A stretch of DNA of 64,000 bases, taken from Candidatus Flexifilum breve. Its GTDB lineage: Bacteria > Chloroflexota > Anaerolineae > Aggregatilineales > Phototrophicaceae. Shown piece after piece: positions 41,593 through 50,226 of this stretch. Both the position numbers and the translations under genes were made by a program. The notes beneath the pieces are model-generated. The model had not been told where the DNA came from, did no database searches, and was given only the letters and a program-made list of their open reading frames with translations. Where the stretch lies: NCBI GenBank assembly GCA_016717205.1, contig JADKGC010000011.1, positions 217,953 through 281,952 of the forward strand. Direction: 5' to 3'. How positions within the stretch are numbered: position 1 is the first letter of the stretch; every line of letters starts with the position of its first letter.

Positions 41593-41664
41593 GCGCAGGC
41601 TGAGTTCGAAGTGTGCGCACGAGAGGTTGTCCCCACTAGGGCAGCCTCTCGTGCGTATTTGCAC

Positions 41665-42951
41665 CTAATCCCCGCTGGCGGGCGCGGCGACTGCTTCGCT
41701 CACTGCGGGTCGCCGCTGCGGGCGATCCTGCGGGAGCGCCAGCGCCAGCAGCCCGGCGATCACCGTCGCCCCGGAGATCAGTTGAAACACAGCGGGCAAA
41801 CCCATGCGATCCGCCAGCCCGCCGATGATCATCACCCCGATGGCACCCGTCCCAAAGATGAAGCCGAGCACCGCGCCGGATGCCAAACCTTTGCCCACAG
41901 GCACGACCTTATGCGCCATCGCGACGATCAGGCTGTGCGACCCGCCGCTGAATGCCCCCATCGCCATCGCCATTAAAAAGGCCGCCGGACCGTCGAACGT
42001 CGCTAGGCCGAACACGGCCGGGGCGCTCAAAAACATCGACAGGGCGATCATCAGGCGGCTGCCGTAACGATCCGCCAGATAGCCGAAGAAGATGCCCGTG
42101 ATGCCACCGCCGATCCAGTAGGCGCTGGCCAGCAGTCCATACTCGGAGGCTGACCAGCCGCGCATCTGGAACAGGCGCGGCAGGAACGAGGCCGAACCGG
42201 GGTTGACGAAGCTGCGCATCATGATCAGCGCGACCAGCGTGAGCAGCGCAACGCGCCCCAACCGCTGATGTTCGGATTTGCGGCTGGTCTGGCGGGCGTG
42301 GCGCGTCGTGGCGAAACGCTGAGCGCTCGGCACAATCAAGCCCATGAACAGCACCGCCGGAATGCCGACCAGCGCCATCGTGATCAGCGGCGTGACTGAG
42401 CCCGTCTCGGAGATGATGCCCGCCAGCGACGGGAAGGCCTGCGTAAAGATGCCGTTGTGCGTGGCCGCGCCGTCGAGCAGCGCGCCGGTGATCGCCGGGC
42501 CGAGGCCGCCGCCGGTCTGCCCCGCGAAGAAGAAGATCGACAGACGGCTGGTCGCGGGCGTGGTGTCACAATCGGCGGCGTGCATCGTGCCGACCGGGTG
42601 GAACGCGCCGCTCCCCAGCGCCGCTAAGACCATCGGGATGACCGTCAGCACGTAGGAATGGGTCGAGGCGGCAATCAGCAGGGCGACCGACAGCAGCGAG
42701 ATCGTCCACGCGACGCCGCCCGTGCCGAGCCAGCGCCCACCATTGCGATCCGCCAGCCAGCCCGCGAGCGGCTGACTCAGCGCGCCCGTGAGTTGGTAGG
42801 CGCTCACCGCCAGCCCGATTTGCGTGTTGCTCATCGGGATGAAGTGCGCCGCGAGGAACGTCACGATCACCGGGACGCTGGCGTTGAACAGGTCAATGGT
42901 CAGATGGGCGAACGAGACGACCCAGAACAGCGGTTTGCGTGGTAGTGCCAT
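41665..42951 (-). CDS. MFS transporter (Fsr-like)
   Basis: QPLAGWLADR, GSGAFHP, GYLADRYG; about 12 TM. Confidence 0.9.
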   Translation of the reverse strand: MALPRKPLFWVVSFAHLTIDLFNASVPVIVTFLAAHFIPMSNTQIGLAVSAYQLTGALSQPLAGWLADRNGGRWLGTGGVAWTISLLSVALLIAASTHSYVLTVIPMVLAALGSGAFHPVGTMHAADCDTTPATSRLSIFFFAGQTGGGLGPAITGALLDGAATHNGIFTQAFPSLAGIISETGSVTPLITMALVGIPAVLFMGLIVPSAQRFATTRHARQTSRKSEHQRLGRVALLTLVALIMMRSFVNPGSASFLPRLFQMRGWSASEYGLLASAYWIGGGITGIFFGYLADRYGSRLMIALSMFLSAPAVFGLATFDGPAAFLMAMAMGAFSGGSHSLIVAMAHKVVPVGKGLASGAVLGFIFGTGAIGVMIIGGLADRMGLPAVFQLISGATVIAGLLALALPQDRPQRRPAVSEAVAAPASGD

Positions 42952-43002
42952 ATGCTTTGATCCAGAACAGTTAGCCAGTTGCAGACAGTGACCGATCAAA
43001 TG

Positions 43003-43105
43003 CCACCCCACCCCGTCCCCTCCCCGAATTCAGGGAGGGGAGCAAGATTGGCTCGGCCTACGCCTTTCTCCCCGCTTGCGTGGGAGAGGGGTTGGGGTGA
43101 GGGGA
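43003..43105. repeat. Double-hairpin palindromic repeat
   Basis: cccctccccgaattcagggagggg and tctccccgcttgcgtgggagaggggttggggtgagggg. Confidence 0.85.
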
Positions 43106-43174
43106 ATTAGCGCGCTCGTTGCAACCTTACGAGACTGAAATTCTGTTTACCTTAAAACAGGTCAGTTCGCCGCG

Positions 43175-44677
43175 TCAATGATCCGCGCGGAAATATTGGT
43201 ATACGGTCGTCTCGGCGGTCTGCAAGAGCGGGCGGTAATGGTCGTTGATCGCGCGCAGCATCGGGCGCGTCCAACGTTCAAAGCGCAGGGTGGGGTTGCG
43301 GTACGGCTGGTAGATCAGCACGTAGGGGTAGACACCTGTCTGCAAATCTTCGAGGAACGGCGTTTCGTCCCAGATGCCCGCCGCCGTGAGCTGACTCATC
43401 TCGAACGGCTGAATCAGAATTGGCCGATCGGCGAGCGTGAGCAGCGCCATGTGCTCATCGGCGATGATCGGCGCGTCGGTCTGGTCGATGAAGGCGATCA
43501 GCTCGGTCATGAGCGGCGCATCGTCGACACGTTCGGTCAAAATCGGCTGATACTTGCTCAGCGAAAGGTCGTAAGCCCTGCTCACGGCGTAGGCGAGTAT
43601 GAGCAGCAGCAGGGCGCGCAGCACTGGGAAGCGCCGCGTCCACGCGATCCACGCGCCCACCGCCAGCGCGAACGCCGCCGCCAGTTCGTACAGATAATTG
43701 ACATCCGAGCCGACCTTGCTGATAGTCAGCGCTGTGACGACCGCGCCGAGCGTGTAGGGCGCGCTCAGCCACCACAGCCGCCGACCGAATACCGCGCCGA
43801 GCACCAGCGCCAGCGCCGCCGCCGCGAGGAAGATCGGCAGGTGGGCGAGCATTTCATTCCAGTAGAATTCGGGGAGCTGCGGATCGAGGGCGTTGACGTT
43901 GGCCGTGATCAAATGGAAGAACACGCCGCCCCCGGTGAGTGCGGTCAGCCCGGCGAATACGCCGAGCACCAGCGCCGCGAAATACACGCCGAGCATGAGC
44001 GCTTTTGTCCGCTCTTTTTCGCCCCACAGCCACGCGACCGCCGCCAACGGCGCGGCCAGCAGATACGTCTGCCGGGTATAGGCGGCGCACGCCAGCAGGA
44101 TCACGCCAGCGATCACCCCCCAGCGGCGACCGCGTCCCTGCACCACGGCGAAGATGCCCGCCCATGCGCACGCCAGCGCCAGCGAATCGATACGCGCCAA
44201 GGCCGACCACGAGAACACATAGGGGATGGCGGGTAGCGTCAGCGCGGCGACCAGCGCGGCGAGCGCATCGCGGGTGATAGCGCGCACAGTCAAGCCGAGG
44301 AAGAGCGCCGCCGCAAGGATGCTGAAGACGGAGATCAGCCGCCCGTACCAGAAGGCCGGGCCGACCGCCGCCACGAACGGCGCTTGCACCAGCGGGTAGA
44401 GCGGCGGATAGTTGGCGATGGTGTAGGGCGGCAGCGACAGATCGGCGCGGTAGATGTTTTCGCCACGCGTCAGCCTCACCGCCTGTTCGAGCAGCGGCCC
44501 TTCGCCATAATTGAGCGTGTATGGGAAGTCCAGCGCGAGCTGCGCGTGCTGGAAGAACAGCAGCAGCGCCCGCCCCTGCATGACGAGTAGCACGATCAAC
44601 GCGGCAGCGACGAGCAGGCGCGGAACAAGATGGAGTCTTCGGATGGGAGGGGGCAGAGCGAATATGCGCATCAGCAT
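43175..44677 (-). CDS. GT-C-type membrane glycosyltransferase-like protein
   Basis: NYGEG, NYPPLY, ARID, TRQT; many TMs. Confidence 0.75.
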   Translation of the reverse strand: MLMRIFALPPPIRRLHLVPRLLVAAALIVLLVMQGRALLLFFQHAQLALDFPYTLNYGEGPLLEQAVRLTRGENIYRADLSLPPYTIANYPPLYPLVQAPFVAAVGPAFWYGRLISVFSILAAALFLGLTVRAITRDALAALVAALTLPAIPYVFSWSALARIDSLALACAWAGIFAVVQGRGRRWGVIAGVILLACAAYTRQTYLLAAPLAAVAWLWGEKERTKALMLGVYFAALVLGVFAGLTALTGGGVFFHLITANVNALDPQLPEFYWNEMLAHLPIFLAAAALALVLGAVFGRRLWWLSAPYTLGAVVTALTISKVGSDVNYLYELAAAFALAVGAWIAWTRRFPVLRALLLLILAYAVSRAYDLSLSKYQPILTERVDDAPLMTELIAFIDQTDAPIIADEHMALLTLADRPILIQPFEMSQLTAAGIWDETPFLEDLQTGVYPYVLIYQPYRNPTLRFERWTRPMLRAINDHYRPLLQTAETTVYQYFRADH

Positions 44678-44688
44678 CCTTCCAAGTT

Positions 44689-44852
44689 TAGGGACGAGGC
44701 CGGCGGGTGTTGAAACAGCTCAGATTCCGACCCCACCCCCCGGCCCCTCCCCGAATTCGGGGAGGGGAGCCAACAGACTCGCCGTTCCTCCCCTCTCCCC
44801 GCTTGCGTGGGAGGGGAGACCGCGAGCTGTAACACATGTCTGCCTTGTCCCT
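44689..44852. mobile_element. MITE-like element (about 44704-44838) inside a split REP
   Basis: REP half gggacgagg, then cgggtgttgaaa..palindrome..tgtaacacatg, then REP half ccttgtccct. Confidence 0.6.
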
Positions 44853-44946
44853 GCGAGAAACCACGACGCGAATGATCAGAGTTACCCCTCTATTGTATTC
44901 CGCCCGCGATTGCGTACAATGAAAAACCTTTGTTGAGAGGGGAAAA

Positions 44947-45969
44947 ATGACGAAAAAGGGCCGTATTCTCACGGGTGATCGCCCGACTGGAAAAATGCAT
45001 TTGGGCCACTACGTCGGATCGCTGGCGAACCGCGTCCGCCTGCAATCGACGTATGACTGCTTCTTCATCGTCGCCGACCTGCACACGCTTACCACCAAGC
45101 CGGAACGCGAACACATTGCCAATCTGGCGCAGAACATCCATGACTGCGTGCTGGATTATCTCTCGGTGGGCATTGACCCGGATCAAGCGACGATTTTCCT
45201 GCAATCCGGCGTCCCGGAAACCTACGAGTTGAACCTGATCTTCGAGAATCTGGTCAGCGTGGCGCGTATGGAACGCATTCCCAGTTTGAAAGATATGGCG
45301 CGCGCGGCCAATATGGAAGATTCCATGCCTTTCGGGCTGCTCGGCTATCCCATTCTGCAAGCGGCGGATATTCTGCTGCCGCGCGGCAACCTCGTCCCCG
45401 TCGGCAAGGACAACGAATCGCACGTCGAAATCACGCGCGAAATCGCCCGCCGCTTCAATAACCTGTACGGTGATGTCTTCCCGATCCCCGACGTGCTGGT
45501 GGGTGATGTCCCATCGCTCATCGGCATCGACGGACAGGCGAAGATGAGCAAATCGCTCAACAACGCCATTTTCCTGTCGGACACCGCCGAAGAGGTCACA
45601 CAGAAGGTGCGCGGCATGTTCACCGACCCGAACCGCGTCCGCGCGGACATCCCCGGTCGCGTGGAGGGCAACCCGGTCTTCATCTATCATGATGCCTTCA
45701 ACCCGAATGTCGACGAAATCAACGACCTCAAGGAACGCTACCTGCTCGGCAAGGTGGGCGACGTGGAAGTCAAGAAGAAGCTGACGATTGCCATCAACAA
45801 CTTCCTGGAGCCGATCCGCGAACGCCGCGCGCAGTACCAGAGCCAACCGGGCTTGGTCGAAGACGTGCTGGTCGCCGGGACGGAACGCGCCCGCGCCGAA
45901 GCCCAGAAGACGATGGCCGCCGTCCGCGAAGCGATGGGCATGTACCGCCTGCCCGTGAAGACGCTCTAA
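44947..45969 (+). CDS. trpS: Tryptophan--tRNA ligase
   Basis: TGDRPTGKMHLGH, YPILQAADI, VPVGKDN, KMSKS. Confidence 0.97.
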   Translation: MTKKGRILTGDRPTGKMHLGHYVGSLANRVRLQSTYDCFFIVADLHTLTTKPEREHIANLAQNIHDCVLDYLSVGIDPDQATIFLQSGVPETYELNLIFENLVSVARMERIPSLKDMARAANMEDSMPFGLLGYPILQAADILLPRGNLVPVGKDNESHVEITREIARRFNNLYGDVFPIPDVLVGDVPSLIGIDGQAKMSKSLNNAIFLSDTAEEVTQKVRGMFTDPNRVRADIPGRVEGNPVFIYHDAFNPNVDEINDLKERYLLGKVGDVEVKKKLTIAINNFLEPIRERRAQYQSQPGLVEDVLVAGTERARAEAQKTMAAVREAMGMYRLPVKTL

Positions 45970-46788
45970 ATGCTGCGCGTCACCGGGCTGTACACCTACC
46001 CGATCAAGTCGTGCGGCGGCTTGAGCCATGACGCGGTCGATCTGCTCGTGCGCGGCCTGCGCGACGACCGCCGCTGGCTGATCATCACGCCGGACGGGCA
46101 GTTCGTCACGCAGCGCGAAAACGCCAAACTCGCGTTGATCCAGCCCGCTTACGCAGACGGGATGCTGCAAATCAGCGCGCCGGGGCATGAACCCGTGCGC
46201 GTGTCACTTGACGCGGACGCCGACGGTGTGGCGACCCGCCGCGTCGTCGTGTGGAAATCCACCTGCGACGCGGTCGATCAGGGCGATACGATTGCCGCGT
46301 GGTTGAGCGACTTTCTCGGCCAATCTGTGCGCTTGGTCAAGCAGGCGGACGCCGATGGGCGGCTGACCTCAAACAGCCACACCGATCAGCCCGCGCCCGT
46401 CAGCTTTGCCGATGGTTACCCGCTGCTGCTGGCGAACAGTGCCTCGCTTGCCGATTTGAATGATCGCTTGCTGGCGCGCGACAAAGACACGCTGCTCATG
46501 AACCGCTTCCGCCCGAACGTCGTAATCGACGGGGCGGCGGCGTGGGCGGAGGACGGGTGGACGCGCCTGCTGATCGGCGGCGTGCCCTTCGACTCGGTCA
46601 AGCCGTGCGCGCGCTGCGAGATCACCACCATCGATCAGGCGACGGCCACCGTGCCGGATTATCAGGAACCGCTGGCGACGCTGGCCACTTTCCGCAAACA
46701 GCCCAAGGGCGTGATGTTCGGGCAGAACATCATTCACCGGGCGGTCGGCGCGCTGCACATCGGCGACCGGGTCGAAGTCGTGGCGTAG
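45970..46788 (+). CDS. MOSC-domain protein (YcbX/mARC-like)
   Basis: YPIKSC, DRRW, FADGYP, RFRPN, KPCARC. Confidence 0.92.
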   Translation: MLRVTGLYTYPIKSCGGLSHDAVDLLVRGLRDDRRWLIITPDGQFVTQRENAKLALIQPAYADGMLQISAPGHEPVRVSLDADADGVATRRVVVWKSTCDAVDQGDTIAAWLSDFLGQSVRLVKQADADGRLTSNSHTDQPAPVSFADGYPLLLANSASLADLNDRLLARDKDTLLMNRFRPNVVIDGAAAWAEDGWTRLLIGGVPFDSVKPCARCEITTIDQATATVPDYQEPLATLATFRKQPKGVMFGQNIIHRAVGALHIGDRVEVVA

Positions 46789-46808
46789 TTTAGCTAGCAC
46801 ATGTTATG

Positions 46809-46838
46809 AAAAACGGGGGATTGTGATCCTCCGTTTTT
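46809..46838 (+). terminator. Intrinsic terminator of trpS-MOSC
   Basis: aaaaacgggggat-tgtg-atcctccgttttt. Confidence 0.75.
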
Positions 46839-46917
46839 GTTTCTGTACCTACAGAGATGGTTGTCTAGAAAGACACCCAATTCCTTCAATGAGAGGTTCT
46901 TGTAGGGATAAGGTATG

Positions 46918-47049
46918 AGCGTGTTGAAAAAGGTCAGATTCCGACCCCACCCCCGGCCCCTCCCCGAATTCGGGGAGGGGAGACAGATTTCCCCCTCGCC
47001 CCGCTTGCGTGGGAGAGGGGGTTAGGGGGTGAGGGGTTTTAAACACCCT
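46918..47049. mobile_element. MITE-like element inserted at the centre of a GTAG REP
   Basis: TIRs AGCGTGTTGAAAA / TTTTAAACACCCT, flanks TATG/CATG, REP halves gtagggataagg and cctcatccctac. Confidence 0.75.
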
Positions 47050-47124
47050 CATGCCTCATCCCTACACTACTTATCGGCACCTGCTTGCTTGAGTCCGCAG
47101 TCCCCAAATCAACTGCTAACTGGG

Positions 47125-47901
47125 CTAGGCGCCCTCGATGCGCTGCAGCAAGGCGACCGTCCCGGCGATGATCTGCGCGTACTGTTCCTCGTGGCTGATG
47201 GTCGCCGGGTTGTCGCGCTCCTGAGCGCCATACCAGCCGAACTGACCGTGATTGCCGCCTTCGATCTTTACCCACACGGCATCGGCGGGGAGGTTGCCCG
47301 CCGCACCTTCGACCGTGGCGACGGTCGCTAGTCCGTCCTCCGTACCGTAAATCACCGACACGTCAATGTCCAGCGCGGAAATATCACGATCTGAGTACGA
47401 CGCCATGAGCACCAGCCCGTCGACCTTGTCCGGGTTATCGCTGACATACCATGACGCCATCGACCCGCCGAGCGAGTGCCCGCCAATCGCCCAATGTGTG
47501 ATCTCCGGGTGCGCGGCGATCACGTCGTTGGCGGCATTGTTGCCCAGAATGGCGAGGTTGAGCGGCATGGGGACGATCACGGTGAGGTAGCCCGCTTCGG
47601 CCAACGCCTGCCCGAGCGGGGCATAGGCGCGCGCGTCAACTTTGCCGCCGGGGTAGAAGATGAATCCGGTGGTCGGCGTGGACGCGGTCGGCGTGAAGGT
47701 CAGCCAGCGCGAGGTATCGACGGCGACGGCGGCCTCGGCTTGCAGCGCGGCCTCCGCTTCGGCTTCAATCGGGTTGGTCGCGCTCGCCCACGCGACGAAG
47801 CCGACGACGAAAATGATCAAGACAAGGGGTACGATCCACCAGAAACGGCGCACGACGCGCATAAGTTTTCTCCATCTCATAGAAGTGCGAACTGTTGTCA
47901 T
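47125..47901 (-). CDS. Membrane-anchored alpha/beta hydrolase (carboxymethylenebutenolidase-like)
   Basis: FYPGGKV, GGHSLGG, GTEDG, GGNHGQFG. Confidence 0.9.
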   Translation of the reverse strand: MTTVRTSMRWRKLMRVVRRFWWIVPLVLIIFVVGFVAWASATNPIEAEAEAALQAEAAVAVDTSRWLTFTPTASTPTTGFIFYPGGKVDARAYAPLGQALAEAGYLTVIVPMPLNLAILGNNAANDVIAAHPEITHWAIGGHSLGGSMASWYVSDNPDKVDGLVLMASYSDRDISALDIDVSVIYGTEDGLATVATVEGAAGNLPADAVWVKIEGGNHGQFGWYGAQERDNPATISHEEQYAQIIAGTVALLQRIEGA

Positions 47902-48243
47902 TCATATCATTCGTACACCTAAAAGTAAAGAGAGGGAGAGCCCGTTGTGAGCGAGTGCTCAGGGATTGCTTACGGGCGGCTCATCTTGGGAACCATCGGG
48001 CCAGTGCTGGAAATAACGGGATGATATTTGTAGGGGCGCACGGCCGTGCGCCTCTACAAACTCAGATTCAGATGTTTACCGGATACAGTAGTTCATGCGC
48101 GCCAAATCTTCTTCACAAAACCGTAGGGGGTCACGAAACAAAAATTCGTGGGGGTGCAAGGCGTTGTGACGAATCTCTGTATTTTGTCGATCCCCCCTCA
48201 AATCTCGTTGACAGCCGTTCGCGATCCGCCTATGCTGAGAGAA

Positions 48244-48320
48244 CAATCCGTACCATGACAAGACCATCTGTCAGAAATCGACCAGCGTAAGCTGTCGCCG
48301 ACTGGTCATGCTGTGGATTG
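48244..48320 (+). promoter_or_regulatory. Candidate structured 5' leader with an 11-codon uORF (48255-48290)
   Basis: 15 of 16 bp basal stem, apical GUAA tetraloop stem, located just after TATGCT (48231-48236). Confidence 0.5.
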
Positions 48321-48349
48321 AACTGTCGAGAGAGTAGTTGAGGTTATCT

Positions 48350-49087
48350 ATGATCGCCCAGAGACTTAAGCCGGAAACGGCGGCAATAGCCGTCATCCCG
48401 GCGGAACCCACCCACGCTTATGCCCTGCGCGCCTTGTCGCTCACGGCCTATTACGCCACTACGGAAGAGGCGGCATTCTGGTACAAACCAGAAGAATTCA
48501 TCAGCCGCATGCAAGCTTTCCCCGAAGGACAATTCGTCGCCGTGCATCTCCCCACTAATGAGATCGTCGGCTATACCTCTGGAATGCGCTTCAACTTCGA
48601 TCCCAGCGTGCCCTTTACCGAAACGTGGGATCACACCACCGGTTTTGGCTGACTGACCACGCACCGCCCCGAAGGGGAATGGATGTATGGCGTCGAAACG
48701 CTGGTACACCCAGATTATCAAGGCTATGGCATTGGCGGGGTGCTGATGGAACGGCGGTTTGAGTGTGCGCGCCAGTTGAACCTGCGCGGCATCGTCGGCG
48801 GCAGCCTGATCAAGGACTACCACAAGGTGGCGGATCGTTTCACGCCTGACGCCTACGTTGCCGAATTGGTGGCGGGTCGGCTGTTCGATTCCAACCTGAG
48901 CAAGCAGATCAAGAAGGGGTTCAAGCCCCTGAACACGATTCCCAACTACACCGAATATCCAGGATCCCTCAATTACGCGATTGCGATTGTGTGGGATAAC
49001 CCGGCGTACCGGGCACCGGAACCGAAGATCATCCCCTTCCCAGACGCCGAGTCGCTGCGCGCCGGGGGGAGTTCAATCGCGTTATGA
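48350..49087 (+). pseudogene. GNAT (FPEGQ type) interrupted by an in-frame TGA at 48650-48652
   Basis: Both halves are in one frame and align with the downstream paralog; the TGA sits at the paralog's Trp (GFG*L vs GGWL). Confidence 0.85.
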
Positions 49088-49743
49088 CATCGATACTGAT
49101 CGTCCCTTCATCCCCGAGCTATGTCGCGGGGATGGAGGACGTTGAACATGCGAATTACGGCACGTCACGGGCTGAACCCGAAGACGTGCTGACGGAACAG
49201 CACTTTCTGCACCATTTGCAGATCTTTCCCGAAGGTCAATTCGCCGCGCTCGAAGTCCAGCCGGATGGCAGTGAGCGTGTGGTCGGCTTAACGTCAAGCA
49301 TGCGCATTCACTTTGACCCGGCACACCCGTTCCTCGAATCATGGGAACAGACCATCGACGGCGGGTGGCTGCGCAAACACACCCCGGACGGTGAGTGGAT
49401 GTACGGCGTGGAGTCGGCGGTGCTGCCGGAGGTTCAAGGGCGCGGCGTTGGCGGCAAGCTGATGCAGGCGCGCTTTGACGTGGCCAAGCGGTTGAATCTG
49501 CGCGGCATGGTCGCGGGCAGCGCCTTGATCAGCTACTACAAGGTGTTCGAGACGGTCACGCCCGAAGACTACGTGCGCGGCGTGGTCGCCGGGACTTACT
49601 TCGACGACAACCTGAGCAAGCAGATCAAGAAAGGCTTTCGCCCGGTGGCGCTCATCCCCGATTACCTGCCCGACCCCGGCACGAAAGGCTGGGGCGCGGT
49701 CATTGTGTGGGACAACCCCGATTACGTTCCGCCTCAACACTAG
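49084..49743 (+). CDS. GNAT N-acetyltransferase (FPEGQ type)
   Basis: FPEGQF, HTPDGEWMYGVE, QGRGVG, W.NP.Y; ATGA overlap. Confidence 0.9.
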   Translation: MTSILIVPSSPSYVAGMEDVEHANYGTSRAEPEDVLTEQHFLHHLQIFPEGQFAALEVQPDGSERVVGLTSSMRIHFDPAHPFLESWEQTIDGGWLRKHTPDGEWMYGVESAVLPEVQGRGVGGKLMQARFDVAKRLNLRGMVAGSALISYYKVFETVTPEDYVRGVVAGTYFDDNLSKQIKKGFRPVALIPDYLPDPGTKGWGAVIVWDNPDYVPPQH

Positions 49744-49783
49744 GCTATAATGCAGCATCGAAGAGTCGAAAACAGGTGAAGCG

Positions 49784-49981
49784 ATGCTGCCTGAAGTTTT
49801 GCACTTCCGGATAGAGCGCCATACCGACGATGGCGTCTACTATGTGATTTCTGGCGTCGAAATTGCGCTGGTCACCGATGGCGAAACCATCGAAGAAGCC
49901 TTGCATAATCTGCGCGAAGCTGTGGAACTGCATTTTGACGGCGATCATCTGCGCGGCTCACCAAGACTGCATTTAGCGTAG
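49784..49981 (+). CDS. HicB-like antitoxin N-domain, orphan and possibly truncated
   Basis: TDGETIEEALHNLREAVELH; the stop codon is the TAG of a REP GTAG. Confidence 0.75.
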   Translation: MLPEVLHFRIERHTDDGVYYVISGVEIALVTDGETIEEALHNLREAVELHFDGDHLRGSPRLHLA

Positions 49982-50201
49982 GGACGCGATTTATCGCGTC
50001 CGCTGTGGTTGTTTAAGTAGGTGGTAGCGGACGTCACGAAGAGGGTGTCAAAATTGGTTCTTTCCACCCCACCCCCGGCCCCTCCCCGAATTCAGGGAGG
50101 GGAGCCAACATTGCTCGCAGAACCGCCCCTCTCCCCGCTTGCGTGGGAGAGGGGTTGGGGGTGAGGGGCTCGGTCAGACAAACTCTGAATGGCATCCCTA
50201 C
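49978..50201. mobile_element. REP doublet with MITE-like insert (50042-50186)
   Basis: gcggacgtcacgaag | agggtgtcaaaa..palindrome..gacaaactct | gaatggcatccctac. Confidence 0.6.
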
Positions 50202-50226
50202 CCTGTTTTTCGCTTATCGCCGTTAA

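Noticed and set aside
44850-44946. T-box leader for trpS
   Set aside because: No T-box consensus (AAGGTGGNACC-like) or terminator, and the leader is too short.
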